Assembly: GCA_031267915.1 (NCBI GenBank)
Contig: JAIRYE010000006.1
Location: forward strand, 76,032 to 140,031
Source: Puniceicoccales bacterium
GTDB taxonomy: Bacteria > Verrucomicrobiota > Verrucomicrobiia > Opitutales > JAIRKQ01
Reading direction: 5' to 3'
Length of the DNA stretch: 64,000 bases
The position numbers and the translations under genes are program-made. The first letter of the stretch is position 1, and each line of letters begins with the position of its first letter. Of the stretch, positions 18,343 to 27,950 are shown piece after piece. The notes under the pieces were generated by a model. The model made no database searches. It was not told the origin of the DNA and was given only the letters and a program-made list of their open reading frames with translations.

Positions 18343-20532
18343 ATGGTTAAGGTTTTTTATGTTGTTCCACTTGTTGCGGTGATTGCACTTGGATTCGCGC
18401 GGTATTTTTTCCTGGGAATGAAAAAAGAACACCAGGGGTCTGATAAAATGGTGGAAATTGCTTCTCGGGTTGCGGATGGCGCAATAGCATATTTGAAGCA
18501 GCAGTACAAGGTTGTGGGATGTGTATTCATCGTGATAGCCGCACTACTCGGGGTGTTATCCTACGGGTTTGGAATGCAGAATAAATTGGTCCCATTTGCG
18601 TTTTTGACGGCTGGATTTTTTTCAGGATTCGCAGGCTTTTGCGGAATGAAAACGGCGACCGCTGCATCTTCAAGGACTGCCTACGCGGCGTCAAAATCGC
18701 TTGATTCCGCTCTGAAAGTTGCATTCCGCAGCGGTGCAGTAATGGGCTTAGTCGTGGTTGGTTTGGCGCTGATTGATTATTCCATGTGGTTCCTGCTTTT
18801 AAACAAATTTTCAGCGAATTTGACAGGTCCAGAAAAATTGATCTGGATAACCAACACAATGGTGACATTTGCAATGGGAACGTCGCTACAGGCACTGTTT
18901 GCGCGCGTTGGAGGTGGAATTTTCACAAAAGCCGCCGATGTGGGAGCTGATCTCGTCGGAAAGGTTGAAACGGGAATTCCGGAGGATGATCCGAGAAATC
19001 CGGCAACCATAGCTGACAATGTGGGAGATAACGTGGGAGACGTTGCCGGAATGGGCGCAGACCTATACGAATCGTACTATGGAGCTGTTCTGGCTGCAGC
19101 CGTACTGGGATCCGTCGCCTTTGCCAAATTTGGCTGGGAAATTCAACTGAAGGCAGTCATTGCCCCGGCCCTGCTGTGTGCTGTCGGGATTCTGGCCTCC
19201 ATTATTGGAATGTTTTTTGTGAGGGCGGAGGAGGGAGCTGATAGCTTGCAGCTTTTGAAGTCACTGTCGCGGGGAATAAAAGTCAGTTCCATCATAATCT
19301 CACTGGGATCGCTGGTGACTCTAAAGATGCTCGGAATTCCAAATGTAATTGGAGTTTGGGGTGCTGTAATTTTTGGATTAATTACCGGTTTATACATAGG
19401 CAAAGCAACGGAATATTTCACGTCAGAAGCTTATAAACCCACAAAAACCATCGCTCAGAGTTCGACCACGGGAGCTGCGACAGTCATAATTTCTGGATTT
19501 GGAACGGGAATGCTGTCCACATCACTGCCAGTTCTAGCTGTGGTTGGCGGGACCATATTGTCCTTCTACTGCGCTTCCGGGTTCAACATGGAAAATGTTT
19601 CCATGGGACTCTACGGAGTTGGCATTGCCGCCGTTGGAATGCTTTCAACCCTTGGCATAACACTGGCCACCGACGCCTATGGCCCAATAGCCGACAATGC
19701 TGGCGGAAATGCTGAGATGAGTGGGTTGTCAGCGGAGGTGAGGGCGAGGACTGATGCTCTGGACGCTCTGGGAAACACAACGGCTGCCACGGGAAAAGGT
19801 TTTGCCATTGGATCAGCTGCGCTCACAGCTCTGGCACTGATTGCATCCTATATGGAAGGAATACGAGCCTGTTTCATTGAGTCGGGAAAAGAGTTTATAA
19901 ATATCGGAGTAAGTCGCGTGTCAGTTGTGGCGATAAAATTGTCGGAAATCATGCAATACTATGACATTCATGTGCTGAACCCGAAGGTCATATGCGGCAT
20001 GTTCATTGGGGCCATGCTAACATTTGTTTTTTGTGGATTGACCACGCTGGCAGTTGGCCGTGCAGCTGGGAAAATGGTTACGGAAGTCCGCAGACAATTT
20101 CGAGAGGTTACCGGCATTATGACAGGGGAAAGTATGCCTGACTACGGCCGATGCATTACCATTGCAACTGTGGCAGCGCAGCGGGAAATGATTTTACCAT
20201 CGCTGATAGCAATAATTTCTCCGGTGATCATATCATTTGTTTTCGGGGTTCCTGGGGTGCTTGGGTTACTTTGCGGCTCGCTATCAAGCGGATTTGTTCT
20301 GGCATTATTCATGTCCAACGCAGGTGGTGCCTGGGATAATGCAAAAAAATACATCGAAACCGGAGTTCTGGGCGGAAAATATTCCGAAGCTCACAAAGCG
20401 GTTGTCGTTGGAGATACGGTGGGGGATCCGTTTAAGGACACCGCCGGCCCAAGCCTAAATATTCTCATTAAATTAATGACCATAGTTTCAATAGTGACAG
20501 TTGGGATAGCAGTGTCGCACAGTCTGCTCTAG
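18343..20532 (+). CDS. hppA: membrane-bound ion-translocating pyrophosphatase, K+-dependent type
   Basis: 729-aa polytopic protein with the M-PPase motifs [21 protein letters not shown] and [22 protein letters not shown]. The [16 protein letters not shown] motif has Ala (not Lys) at the K+-dependence position. Confidence 0.95.
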   Translation: MVKVFYVVPLVAVIALGFARYFFLGMKKEHQGSDKMVEIASRVADGAIAYLKQQYKVVGCVFIVIAALLGVLSYGFGMQNKLVPFAFLTAGFFSGFAGFCGMKTATAASSRTAYAASKSLDSALKVAFRSGAVMGLVVVGLALIDYSMWFLLLNKFSANLTGPEKLIWITNTMVTFAMGTSLQALFARVGGGIFTKAADVGADLVGKVETGIPEDDPRNPATIADNVGDNVGDVAGMGADLYESYYGAVLAAAVLGSVAFAKFGWEIQLKAVIAPALLCAVGILASIIGMFFVRAEEGADSLQLLKSLSRGIKVSSIIISLGSLVTLKMLGIPNVIGVWGAVIFGLITGLYIGKATEYFTSEAYKPTKTIAQSSTTGAATVIISGFGTGMLSTSLPVLAVVGGTILSFYCASGFNMENVSMGLYGVGIAAVGMLSTLGITLATDAYGPIADNAGGNAEMSGLSAEVRARTDALDALGNTTAATGKGFAIGSAALTALALIASYMEGIRACFIESGKEFINIGVSRVSVVAIKLSEIMQYYDIHVLNPKVICGMFIGAMLTFVFCGLTTLAVGRAAGKMVTEVRRQFREVTGIMTGESMPDYGRCITIATVAAQREMILPSLIAIISPVIISFVFGVPGVLGLLCGSLSSGFVLALFMSNAGGAWDNAKKYIETGVLGGKYSEAHKAVVVGDTVGDPFKDTAGPSLNILIKLMTIVSIVTVGIAVSHSLL

Positions 20533-20551
20533 GAATGCCATTGGGCGTTCC
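20532..20551. terminator. hairpin filling the gap between the convergent hppA and cdsA stop codons
   Basis: The sequence GGAATGCC-attg-GGCGTTCC forms an 8-bp stem with one G-U pair. There is no U-tract on either strand. Confidence 0.35.
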
Positions 20552-21418
20552 CTAGTGCAAAAAATGCAGTGCGAAAATTGTGCCAAGTGGCAGCGCAAAT
20601 AGCAGGCTGTCGGTCAGGTCGAAAATTCCCCCCATGCCTGGCAAAATGTTTCCGGAATCCTTTTCCTTTGCCAGGCGCTTTATTGCTGATTCCAAGAAAT
20701 CTCCCAGCATGGAGAATATTGCCAGAAGTGTGGAGGCAGCGACCACAGAGACTATTGTCCCCGGAAAAGTTAACTTTGCCACGAGGAAGGATCCGTGAAG
20801 CAGCGCAATCGCCATTCCAACGACATTGGAACACAGGATCCCACCGATGGCTCCTTCGATCGTTTTGTTTGGGCTAATTCTGGCTACCAGCTTGCGTCTG
20901 CCAAAGTATTTTCCGGCAAATATACCACCGATATCACAGGCTTTAGCCGTGAAAATCACGTAGAACACCACTCTGATGCCGAAATTATCTCTGCCGGAGA
21001 TGGCAATGAACTTGAGCGGAAATGTGCACATAAATGGAACAATCAGGCCCATGGTCGTCGGAATGATTCGCCTGACCATTTCCGGTGAACGTGGAAGCAG
21101 CGCTCTCAGGATCACCAGTGTTATCAGAAGAGCCAGGCATTCATCCGAATTTGGCACGAAAGTCGAAAACAATGGAGAATGCGCGCATAAAAATTGAAAT
21201 TTATGCGACAGATATACCCCGAGCATTAGCAAAATTCCGCATGCCATTCCCATCAGCACAAACGGTTTTTGCTCCATTTTTTTCAGTAGGGTGTAAAATT
21301 CCATTTGCGTCGATAGGCCAATTAGAGTAATCAGAGTTGCGACTCCATCTGCCCCCAAGCGGTAAGCTCCGCATAGGATCGCCAGGACTAAAATGCTGCT
21401 AAGTATTCGTTTTTTCAT
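20552..21418 (-). CDS. cdsA: phosphatidate cytidylyltransferase (with deviations from the family signature)
   Basis: 288-aa polytopic protein. The C-terminal sequence SAIKRLAKEKDSGNILPGMGGIFDLTDS matches the CDS family signature except at two positions. The gene lies downstream of uppS, as is common. Confidence 0.8.
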   Translation of the reverse strand: MKKRILSSILVLAILCGAYRLGADGVATLITLIGLSTQMEFYTLLKKMEQKPFVLMGMACGILLMLGVYLSHKFQFLCAHSPLFSTFVPNSDECLALLITLVILRALLPRSPEMVRRIIPTTMGLIVPFMCTFPLKFIAISGRDNFGIRVVFYVIFTAKACDIGGIFAGKYFGRRKLVARISPNKTIEGAIGGILCSNVVGMAIALLHGSFLVAKLTFPGTIVSVVAASTLLAIFSMLGDFLESAIKRLAKEKDSGNILPGMGGIFDLTDSLLFALPLGTIFALHFLH

Positions 21419-22109
21419 CTGTATTTCCCATTCTTCTTTTCCTGTGTTGATAATCTTCGATGGCCGTCAAAAATTCCTTTTCTCCGAAATCTGGCCAGAA
21501 GGTTTTTGTAAAATAGAGTTCCGCGTAGGCTGCTTGCAGCAGTAAAAAATTGCTCAATCTCTGCTCTCCGGATGTTCGAATGATCAGATCGGGGTCCGGT
21601 AGATTCGCCGTATAAAGATATTTTTGCAGCATGTCCCAGCTGGTGCGCCGGGTGTCGATTTCTTTGCCGTCGCAGAGATTTTTGATGGCCATAACTATTT
21701 CGCTGCGCGCTCCGTAGTTCAGGGCAATTGTGACATTAAAATTATCGAATGCTTCCGTATGTTTGGCCAATTTTTCAACAACAATCCGCAGAGAATTTGG
21801 CAACTTCGACAGGTCTCCAATTGCCCGAAAGCGAATTTTGTTTTCGGAAAAAATTCTAGCGTACTTCTTTGCATATTTTTCAAAAAGATTCATTAGGAAA
21901 TTTACTTCGGCCTTTGGTCGCGAAAAATTTTCCGATGAGAAGGCGTAGAGAGTTACGTGAGTAATGCCGATTTTTTCTGCAGTGCGCAGGACCTTCCTGA
22001 CAGACATGGCTCCCCGGCGGTGTCCTTCGCTCCTTGTAAGCCCATGCAGTGCTGCCCATCGGCCATTGCCATCCATAATAAGCGCGACATGTGTTGGAAC
22101 ACCAAGCAT
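21399..22109 (-). CDS. uppS: di-trans,poly-cis-undecaprenyl-diphosphate synthase
   Basis: It has HVALIMDGNGRWA and ...LIIRTSGEQRLSNFLLLQAAYAELYF..., which are the canonical cis-prenyltransferase motifs. Confidence 0.9.
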   Translation of the reverse strand: MLGVPTHVALIMDGNGRWAALHGLTRSEGHRRGAMSVRKVLRTAEKIGITHVTLYAFSSENFSRPKAEVNFLMNLFEKYAKKYARIFSENKIRFRAIGDLSKLPNSLRIVVEKLAKHTEAFDNFNVTIALNYGARSEIVMAIKNLCDGKEIDTRRTSWDMLQKYLYTANLPDPDLIIRTSGEQRLSNFLLLQAAYAELYFTKTFWPDFGEKEFLTAIEDYQHRKRRMGNTDEKTNT

Positions 22110-22172
22110 ATGCCAGTGTGTATAAAATTTCAGTGCAAATAATCAAGATTCATGTTTGCCGCGGCCAAAGGA

Positions 22173-23177
22173 TTAGGCTTTGGGGTCGGTGGAGTTCGCT
22201 GCCGCGCGCAGAAGTCTATCGTCTATGGCAATGCCGATTCCGCTGCGCAGAGGTCGTTCGCAAAAAATTACATCGTAGTGATCTGCGTCGAGCTTTTGCA
22301 GTGTTGCAAACAAATTTCGTGCGATTTCACTCTGATCTCCGTTTTCACTGAACCAAAAAATATTTTCACGGGAGCTGTGAAAATTTTCAGCTATTTCATC
22401 CAAATCGAGTGGTTTGCTATTAAAAACCACGGCAATACTTCCCTGAGTTTTTCCCGCATATTTGCGGATTCCATTGGGGAAAAGTTCTAGTTTTGTGCGG
22501 GTGGAATAGTGCTGTTTAAGCTGGCCGGGAGATGTTGGGTTTTCGGAAACAATTGGTTCGTAGGTGGCAATTGGCTCCACAAGAATTTTCGAAATTTCAT
22601 CGGCTGCTATCGCTCCGGGCCTTAGAATTTTTGGAACGTTTTGCGTAAGATCCAGAATGGTTGATTCCAGGCCAATTGAGCATTGTCCCCCGTCGACGAT
22701 TACTTTGACCTTGTGCCCGAGAGTTTGCCGCACCTGTTCGGCAGTTGTTGGACTGACGTAGCCAAATGGATTGGCGCTGGGTGCCGCCAGCGGGAAATTG
22801 CAGGCTTGCAGAATGCTGCGAAATAATTCATGGTCCGGACAGCGAATGGCAACTTTGCCGGATCCAGCTGTCACAATGTCCGGAATTGTGATTTTTTTCC
22901 CGAGGACCAGAGTGAGTGGCCCTGGCCAAAAATTTTCCACGAGCTTTTTTACACGCCCTGGATTGTCACCCAGGTTAGCATATTTTTCGATCCAGGTTCC
23001 GCCGAGCACGTGCACTATGAGGGGATTACTTGGGGGGCGCTCTTTTATGTGGTAAATTTTCTCAACTGCTTTGGCATCAAGCGCATTGGCAGCAAGGCCG
23101 TAGACAGTCTCCGTTGGCAGCGCAACGACACCGCCACGTTTCAGCTCCCGAATCGCAGAGAAAACATCACCTCCCAT
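22173..23177 (-). CDS. tsaC: L-threonylcarbamoyladenylate synthase, Sua5 type (YrdC domain plus Sua5 C-terminal domain)
   Basis: The N-terminal sequence GGVVALPTETVYGLAANA ... SNPLIVH ... WPGPLTL is the YrdC/Sua5 pattern. At 334 aa it is the long Sua5 form. Confidence 0.85.
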   Translation of the reverse strand: MGGDVFSAIRELKRGGVVALPTETVYGLAANALDAKAVEKIYHIKERPPSNPLIVHVLGGTWIEKYANLGDNPGRVKKLVENFWPGPLTLVLGKKITIPDIVTAGSGKVAIRCPDHELFRSILQACNFPLAAPSANPFGYVSPTTAEQVRQTLGHKVKVIVDGGQCSIGLESTILDLTQNVPKILRPGAIAADEISKILVEPIATYEPIVSENPTSPGQLKQHYSTRTKLELFPNGIRKYAGKTQGSIAVVFNSKPLDLDEIAENFHSSRENIFWFSENGDQSEIARNLFATLQKLDADHYDVIFCERPLRSGIGIAIDDRLLRAAANSTDPKA

Positions 23178-23185
23178 GGACGCCT

Positions 23186-23410
23186 CTACTTCATGAGAAG
23201 CATGTTGCGGGCGCGTTTTATCATCTTTGTGACATGTCGCTGTTGCTGGGATGTCAACCCTGTGAATTTGCGTGGCAAGATTTTTCCAATCCCAGAAACG
23301 AACACGGATAATTTTTCAACATCCGTATATTTCAATTCCAGAGGGGAAATGTTTCCTAGCAGCTGCGAACCGAGGGTAATTTCTTCTTCCATGGTGAAAA
23401 CAAATGGCAA
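23186..23410 (-). CDS. rpsR: 30S ribosomal protein S18
   Basis: 74 aa. The sequence ...[48 protein letters not shown] matches the S18 core (GKILPRRxTGxxxxxQRxLxxAIKRAR). Confidence 0.85.
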   Translation of the reverse strand: MPFVFTMEEEITLGSQLLGNISPLELKYTDVEKLSVFVSGIGKILPRKFTGLTSQQQRHVTKMIKRARNMLLMK

Positions 23411-23497
23411 ACTATGCCCATTTGCAAGATAAAAATGCCTAAAATCTCAATGATTGTTCTTCAATTTGCAAAAACACTGTGGTGCTTGCCTGAATCG

Positions 23498-24373
23498 CTA
23501 CTTTCCGTAAATCGAAAATAGTGCATCCGCAATTCTTGTTGGAGTTTCGGCAATCGCAACTCCAGCATCGCGCAGCGCGGATAGTTTGCTTTCAGCGGTG
23601 CCGCTTTTCCCGGAAACTATTGCTCCGGCATGCCCCATTCGACGGCCCTTTGGAGCTGTGACTCCGGCGATGAATGCCGCGACGGGCTTCTTCACTTGTG
23701 CTTTTATGTACTCGGCGGCGACTTCCTCCGAGTCTCCACCTATTTCCCCTATCATAATTATTGCTTCCGTTGCCGGATCATCGTTGAATAGTTTGATGGC
23801 GTCCAGATGGGTAGTGCCAATGATGGGGTCTCCGCCGATTCCAAGGCACGTTGACTGGCCACTGCCGTGTTGAGTTACCTGCCAGACGGCTTCGTAGGTT
23901 AGGGTTCCCGACCTGGAAACGATTCCCACCGGACCGGGTCTGTGAATATAGGCTGGCATAATTCCGATTTTGCACTGGCCTGGAGTGATAATTCCCGGGC
24001 AATTTGGTCCAATTAGACGCGTGCCGGAGCGCTCCAGTTTGGCATTTACCTCAACCATGTCGCGGACGGGGATTCCCTCGCTTATGCAAATCACGAGCTG
24101 AATGTTTGCATCGATGCACTCCATTATCGATTCAGCGGCGAAGAGCGGAGGGACAAAGATCAATGCCGCGTTGGCACCTTCGTTTTTTACGCTTTCTTCG
24201 GCGGAATTGAAAATTGGAACATTCTCTGCGGTTTTCTGTCCGCCTTTGCCCGGCGTTATGCCAGCAACTATTTTGGTCCCGTAATCCAAACACTGCTTTG
24301 CGTGAAATGCTCCGGATTTTCCGGTGATTCCACAGACAACAACGCGCGTATCCTTATCAACTAAAATGCTCAC
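23498..24373 (-). CDS. sucD: succinate--CoA ligase subunit alpha
   Basis: It has [22 protein letters not shown] and the phosphohistidine loop MGHAGAIV. Confidence 0.95.
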   Translation of the reverse strand: MSILVDKDTRVVVCGITGKSGAFHAKQCLDYGTKIVAGITPGKGGQKTAENVPIFNSAEESVKNEGANAALIFVPPLFAAESIMECIDANIQLVICISEGIPVRDMVEVNAKLERSGTRLIGPNCPGIITPGQCKIGIMPAYIHRPGPVGIVSRSGTLTYEAVWQVTQHGSGQSTCLGIGGDPIIGTTHLDAIKLFNDDPATEAIIMIGEIGGDSEEVAAEYIKAQVKKPVAAFIAGVTAPKGRRMGHAGAIVSGKSGTAESKLSALRDAGVAIAETPTRIADALFSIYGK

Positions 24374-24392
24374 ATTATTTCCCCATTAATTT

Positions 24393-25577
24393 TTATTTTG
24401 CCAGTGCAACTATTTGCTTTGCCGCGCCGTCGAGATCAGCGGCCGATGCGATTTGCAGCCCACTTTCGCTTAGCAATTGCTTTCCTCTCTCAACGTTTGT
24501 CCCTTCCAGGCGCACAACGAGTGGCAGCGATAATTTTGTGGCATTTGCTGCGTTTATGATTCCCTGGGCAACGACGTCGCATCTGACGATTCCTCCGAAA
24601 ATATTTACGAGAATGCCGCGCACGTGGCTATCGCCAAGAATGATTTCAAAGGCGTGGGTAATTTGTTCCTCATTTGCTCCGCCACCCACATCCAAAAAAT
24701 TTGCCGGACTTCCCCCGTAGTACTTAATTATGTCCATGGTTGCCATTGCCAACCCGGCGCCATTCACAAGACATGCTATGCTTCCGTCGAGAGCGATGTA
24801 GTTCAAATTGTATTTTGCGGCTTCTGTTTCCTTGGGGTCCTCCTCATTCACATCGCGCAATTCAAGAATTTCCTGGTGCCGGCACAGTGCATTGTCGTCG
24901 AATGTCACCTTCGAGTCGATGGCAACAAAGTGACCATCTTTTACCAATACGAGCGGGTTGACCTCAGCGAGGGAACAATCCATTTGCGTGAACAACTTGT
25001 GCAAATTTAGCAGGAGATGCGACAGTTCGTTTGCCTGATCCTTCCCCAGTCCAATTTTATAGGCAAGCTCCGTCGTCTGGTAGGATTTTAGTCCGAACAG
25101 TGGGTCGATGGCTACCTTGTGCAGTTTCTCAGGAAATTTTTCGGCAACGATTTCAATGTCCATGCCTCCTTCCGTGGAAATTATTAGCGTTGGCCGGCGA
25201 AGTTTTCTGTCGAGGAGAATTGCGACGTAGTACTCGTGTTCAATTTCAACAGGTTTGACCAGATAAACGGCATTTACGATTCGGCCAGCGTCTCCCGTTT
25301 GCTTTGTAACCAGTGTGTTGCCGAGCATGCTTTTTGCGATGTCGGCGGCCTCTGCCTTCGAATTGGCGATTTTGACACCCCCGTAGCCGAGGTCATTTTT
25401 AAAATATCCTTTGCCTCGTCCTCCGGCGTGAATTTGTGCTTTTACGCAAATTCTGTCGAAATCAAGGGCTTCTATGATTGAACTGGCGTCATCTCCAATT
25501 TTTATTGCAACCCCCGCCGGCACTGGAATTTTGAATTTTTCAAATAAATTCTGCGCCTGATATTCATGAATATTCAT
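24393..25577 (-). CDS. sucC: succinate--CoA ligase (ADP-forming) subunit beta
   Basis: It begins MNIHEYQAQNLFEKFKIPVP, contains an ATP-grasp domain and the GGIVRCD ligase motif, and lies directly upstream of sucD. Confidence 0.95.
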   Translation of the reverse strand: MNIHEYQAQNLFEKFKIPVPAGVAIKIGDDASSIIEALDFDRICVKAQIHAGGRGKGYFKNDLGYGGVKIANSKAEAADIAKSMLGNTLVTKQTGDAGRIVNAVYLVKPVEIEHEYYVAILLDRKLRRPTLIISTEGGMDIEIVAEKFPEKLHKVAIDPLFGLKSYQTTELAYKIGLGKDQANELSHLLLNLHKLFTQMDCSLAEVNPLVLVKDGHFVAIDSKVTFDDNALCRHQEILELRDVNEEDPKETEAAKYNLNYIALDGSIACLVNGAGLAMATMDIIKYYGGSPANFLDVGGGANEEQITHAFEIILGDSHVRGILVNIFGGIVRCDVVAQGIINAANATKLSLPLVVRLEGTNVERGKQLLSESGLQIASAADLDGAAKQIVALAK

Positions 25578-25792
25578 GTAGCTTTCCCCTGTCTGTTACA
25601 ATATAGGCCACAATTTTACGCACACAAGAATTTTTTATGGCTAACGGTAAAAGTTTTCCTACCGCTGATTTTGCCGCTGTAAAATGTCTTTTTCGTAAAA
25701 ATTTTATAAAAATCATTTTGTTTGATTTTAAAAGAATTATTTTTGTTGACTTTCGCAATTTCTGATATTACACCGCCATCTTTTTACGATTA

Positions 25793-26584
25793 GTGCATAT
25801 GATGCATAGAAATACTCCCGTAGTTGTGCTGGCTGAAGATGATGTGAGGCTGGCAGATATTTTGCAAAAACAAATAGAAATGTCCGGAATGGAAGTTCAG
25901 ACTTTCTACGATGGTGCAGGAACGATTAGATTTCTGCAGAAGGAAGCGGCGAGCGTGCTCCTTCTGGACATAAATTTGCCCGACATTGACGGCTTCGATG
26001 TTATAAAACAGCTGCAGAGTAATCACGTCGATGTTCCGGTGATTTTTCTGACGGCCTTCTCGGATGAATACTATAAAATCAAAGGATTCGATGCGGGGGC
26101 TGAGGACTTTATAACAAAGCCATTCAGCTTTACGGAGCTGATAGCGAGAATAAAGGTTGTTTTGCGGAGAGCGTATGGAAAGGACAGAGATAGTGTGTCC
26201 GGCAATGCTGCACTTTGCGATGAGGACTTCGAATTTTGCGATGCGGTGGTCAAGCCTTCGATGATGAAAATAGTGTTCAAAAATGGAAATTCTGCTCCCA
26301 TAGGGCGAAAGGAATTGGGAGTGCTCAAGCATTTTTCTTCAAATGAAAATACAATCCTGAGTAGACGTAACCTTATTCACAGTATTTGGGGCAAATATGC
26401 GAATGTGAAGAGCCGCTCTCTGGATCAGTACATTGTGAAAATTCGCCAGCTGCTGAAGGATAATGGAGCGAACGCGGATGCTCTGCACACTTTGCACGGC
26501 ATAGGATATATTTATACCACAAAGCCTGGCATTCCCGATATGACTCGCCGGGAATATGCCGATGCTTTCGATGTCATGCTGTAG
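25793..26584 (+). CDS. OmpR/PhoB-family response regulator (no adjacent kinase gene)
   Basis: The receiver domain has an intact acidic pocket (EDD), acceptor Asp (LLLDINLPDIDG), Thr (FLTA) and Lys (TKPF). A C-terminal winged-helix ends ...LHTLHGIGYIY. Confidence 0.85.
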   Translation: MHMMHRNTPVVVLAEDDVRLADILQKQIEMSGMEVQTFYDGAGTIRFLQKEAASVLLLDINLPDIDGFDVIKQLQSNHVDVPVIFLTAFSDEYYKIKGFDAGAEDFITKPFSFTELIARIKVVLRRAYGKDRDSVSGNAALCDEDFEFCDAVVKPSMMKIVFKNGNSAPIGRKELGVLKHFSSNENTILSRRNLIHSIWGKYANVKSRSLDQYIVKIRQLLKDNGANADALHTLHGIGYIYTTKPGIPDMTRREYADAFDVML

Positions 26585-26655
26585 TTTGGCATTTGAATGA
26601 AATTTCTGTGGGTTCTTGTCCGGGCGGCTGCAAATCGCTGAGAAGCGGAGTGATT

Positions 26656-26694
26656 TTCTCTCTGTGAAATTTCCACGAGAGAAGAGCTTTTTTT
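26656..26694 (+). terminator. possible intrinsic terminator after the response regulator
   Basis: The stem TTCTCTC-(14 nt)-GAGAGAA is followed by gagcTTTTTTT. Confidence 0.4.
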
Positions 26695-26751
26695 GGAAAT
26701 ATGTAATGTTTTTCCTTGATAAGGTAAAAAAAATGTTTTTATTTTGCACAA

Positions 26752-27297
26752 ATGGATATCTCTCATGTTTCGAATCAAAACCAATTGCGCATTGTCAGCT
26801 ATTTGCAGCGAAGTGCCTGCGATCAGTACTATTTGGGTGAGTACAGGGAAGATAGTGAAAATGATAGGTTGACGGCGGAAGTTGTATATCTCGGGGAGCA
26901 TCAAATTCACTGCGGAGCAGGTGCCAACCCCAGTAATTTCATGGGAAGAATGTTTCTCTTCTATGATGGGAATGCCTATCTTTTAGGGAAAGGTACCTAC
27001 AGGCTTGAGAAAATGAAAGATAGAGTGCGCATGAGCGAAGATTTTTCCAAAGTCATGTTTAAATATAACTTGGGTAAATTTGAGTTGGATCTTAGCCCAG
27101 CAGAAACAGAGAGACTTATCTCCAATTTGCCGAAAGCTAACGTTTCGAAGCTTTCTAAAAAAACTATAGCGCGACTAATAGATCCATGCTTTTGCACGAA
27201 ATTGGAAGCCAGGCAGGTGAATGCTATTTCCTCTGACGCGAAGAGTTCGGAGGAAATAGATTTGAGATTCTACGATCCGCTGAGATGCCAGTGGTAA
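26752..27297 (+). CDS. hypothetical protein
   Basis: 181-aa ORF downstream of the response regulator. I recognise no family. Confidence 0.4.
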   Translation: MDISHVSNQNQLRIVSYLQRSACDQYYLGEYREDSENDRLTAEVVYLGEHQIHCGAGANPSNFMGRMFLFYDGNAYLLGKGTYRLEKMKDRVRMSEDFSKVMFKYNLGKFELDLSPAETERLISNLPKANVSKLSKKTIARLIDPCFCTKLEARQVNAISSDAKSSEEIDLRFYDPLRCQW

Positions 27298-27608
27298 AAG
27301 CTGCAGCTTCTGAAAAATACTTTCCGAGCCGGGTCTCATGCAAGTGTTCACGCGGGGAGTTGCCTTTTGCGAAGGCAGTTAAAATTGTTCTGGAAAAGAT
27401 TCCAAGCCTCAAAAGACGGGGGAGCAAATAATTTTAAAAAAAACTTGTAAAGCGGAAAAAAGTTATAATGTTGCGGGGAGCGCTAGAGCAGAATGCTCCA
27501 CGATTTTTGCGCAATCTTTTTGATTACGCAATGAGCGGAGTTGCGGATATTGTCTGTGGCTCGGGTGTGTGTCACACGCCTCGAAATCGTGCAAATGTGG
27601 TAGAGTTA

Positions 27609-27863
27609 ATGGAGAAGAATGATATAATTTCCGAATTCGGAAAAGACGAAAAAGATACGGGTTCGAGCTGTGTTCAAATAGCTCTGCTGACGCAAAGAAT
27701 TAGACATCTCACGGAACATTTGAAAATTCACAGGAAGGATTTTCATTCCCGTCGCGGCCTCGTGGCAATGACGAACCGGCGAAGAAAATTACTGAGCTAT
27801 CTCAAGTTGTATAAACCGGAGAATTACAGGGAGATAATTCAAAAACTCAATTTACGCAAATAA
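27609..27863 (+). CDS. rpsO: 30S ribosomal protein S15
   Basis: The internal Met of the 131-aa track ORF gives the 84-aa protein MEKNDIISEFGKDEKDTGSSCVQIALLTQRIRHLTEHLKIHRKDFHSRRGL...RRRKLLSYLK, which is collinear with S15. The gene lies directly upstream of pnp, as in most bacteria. Confidence 0.9.
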   Translation: MEKNDIISEFGKDEKDTGSSCVQIALLTQRIRHLTEHLKIHRKDFHSRRGLVAMTNRRRKLLSYLKLYKPENYREIIQKLNLRK

Positions 27864-27950
27864 TTTGCCGAGAATTCCGCTGTTTTTATCTTGCTAAATG
27901 ATTAAAGCAGTTGATGGTGGCTGATGATGAAAAAGCATAAGGAAAGATAA

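Noticed and set aside
25790-26332. 180-aa minus-strand ORF overlapping the response-regulator gene
   Set aside because: It is antisense to a clearly recognisable OmpR-family gene and has no motif of its own. It is a shadow ORF.
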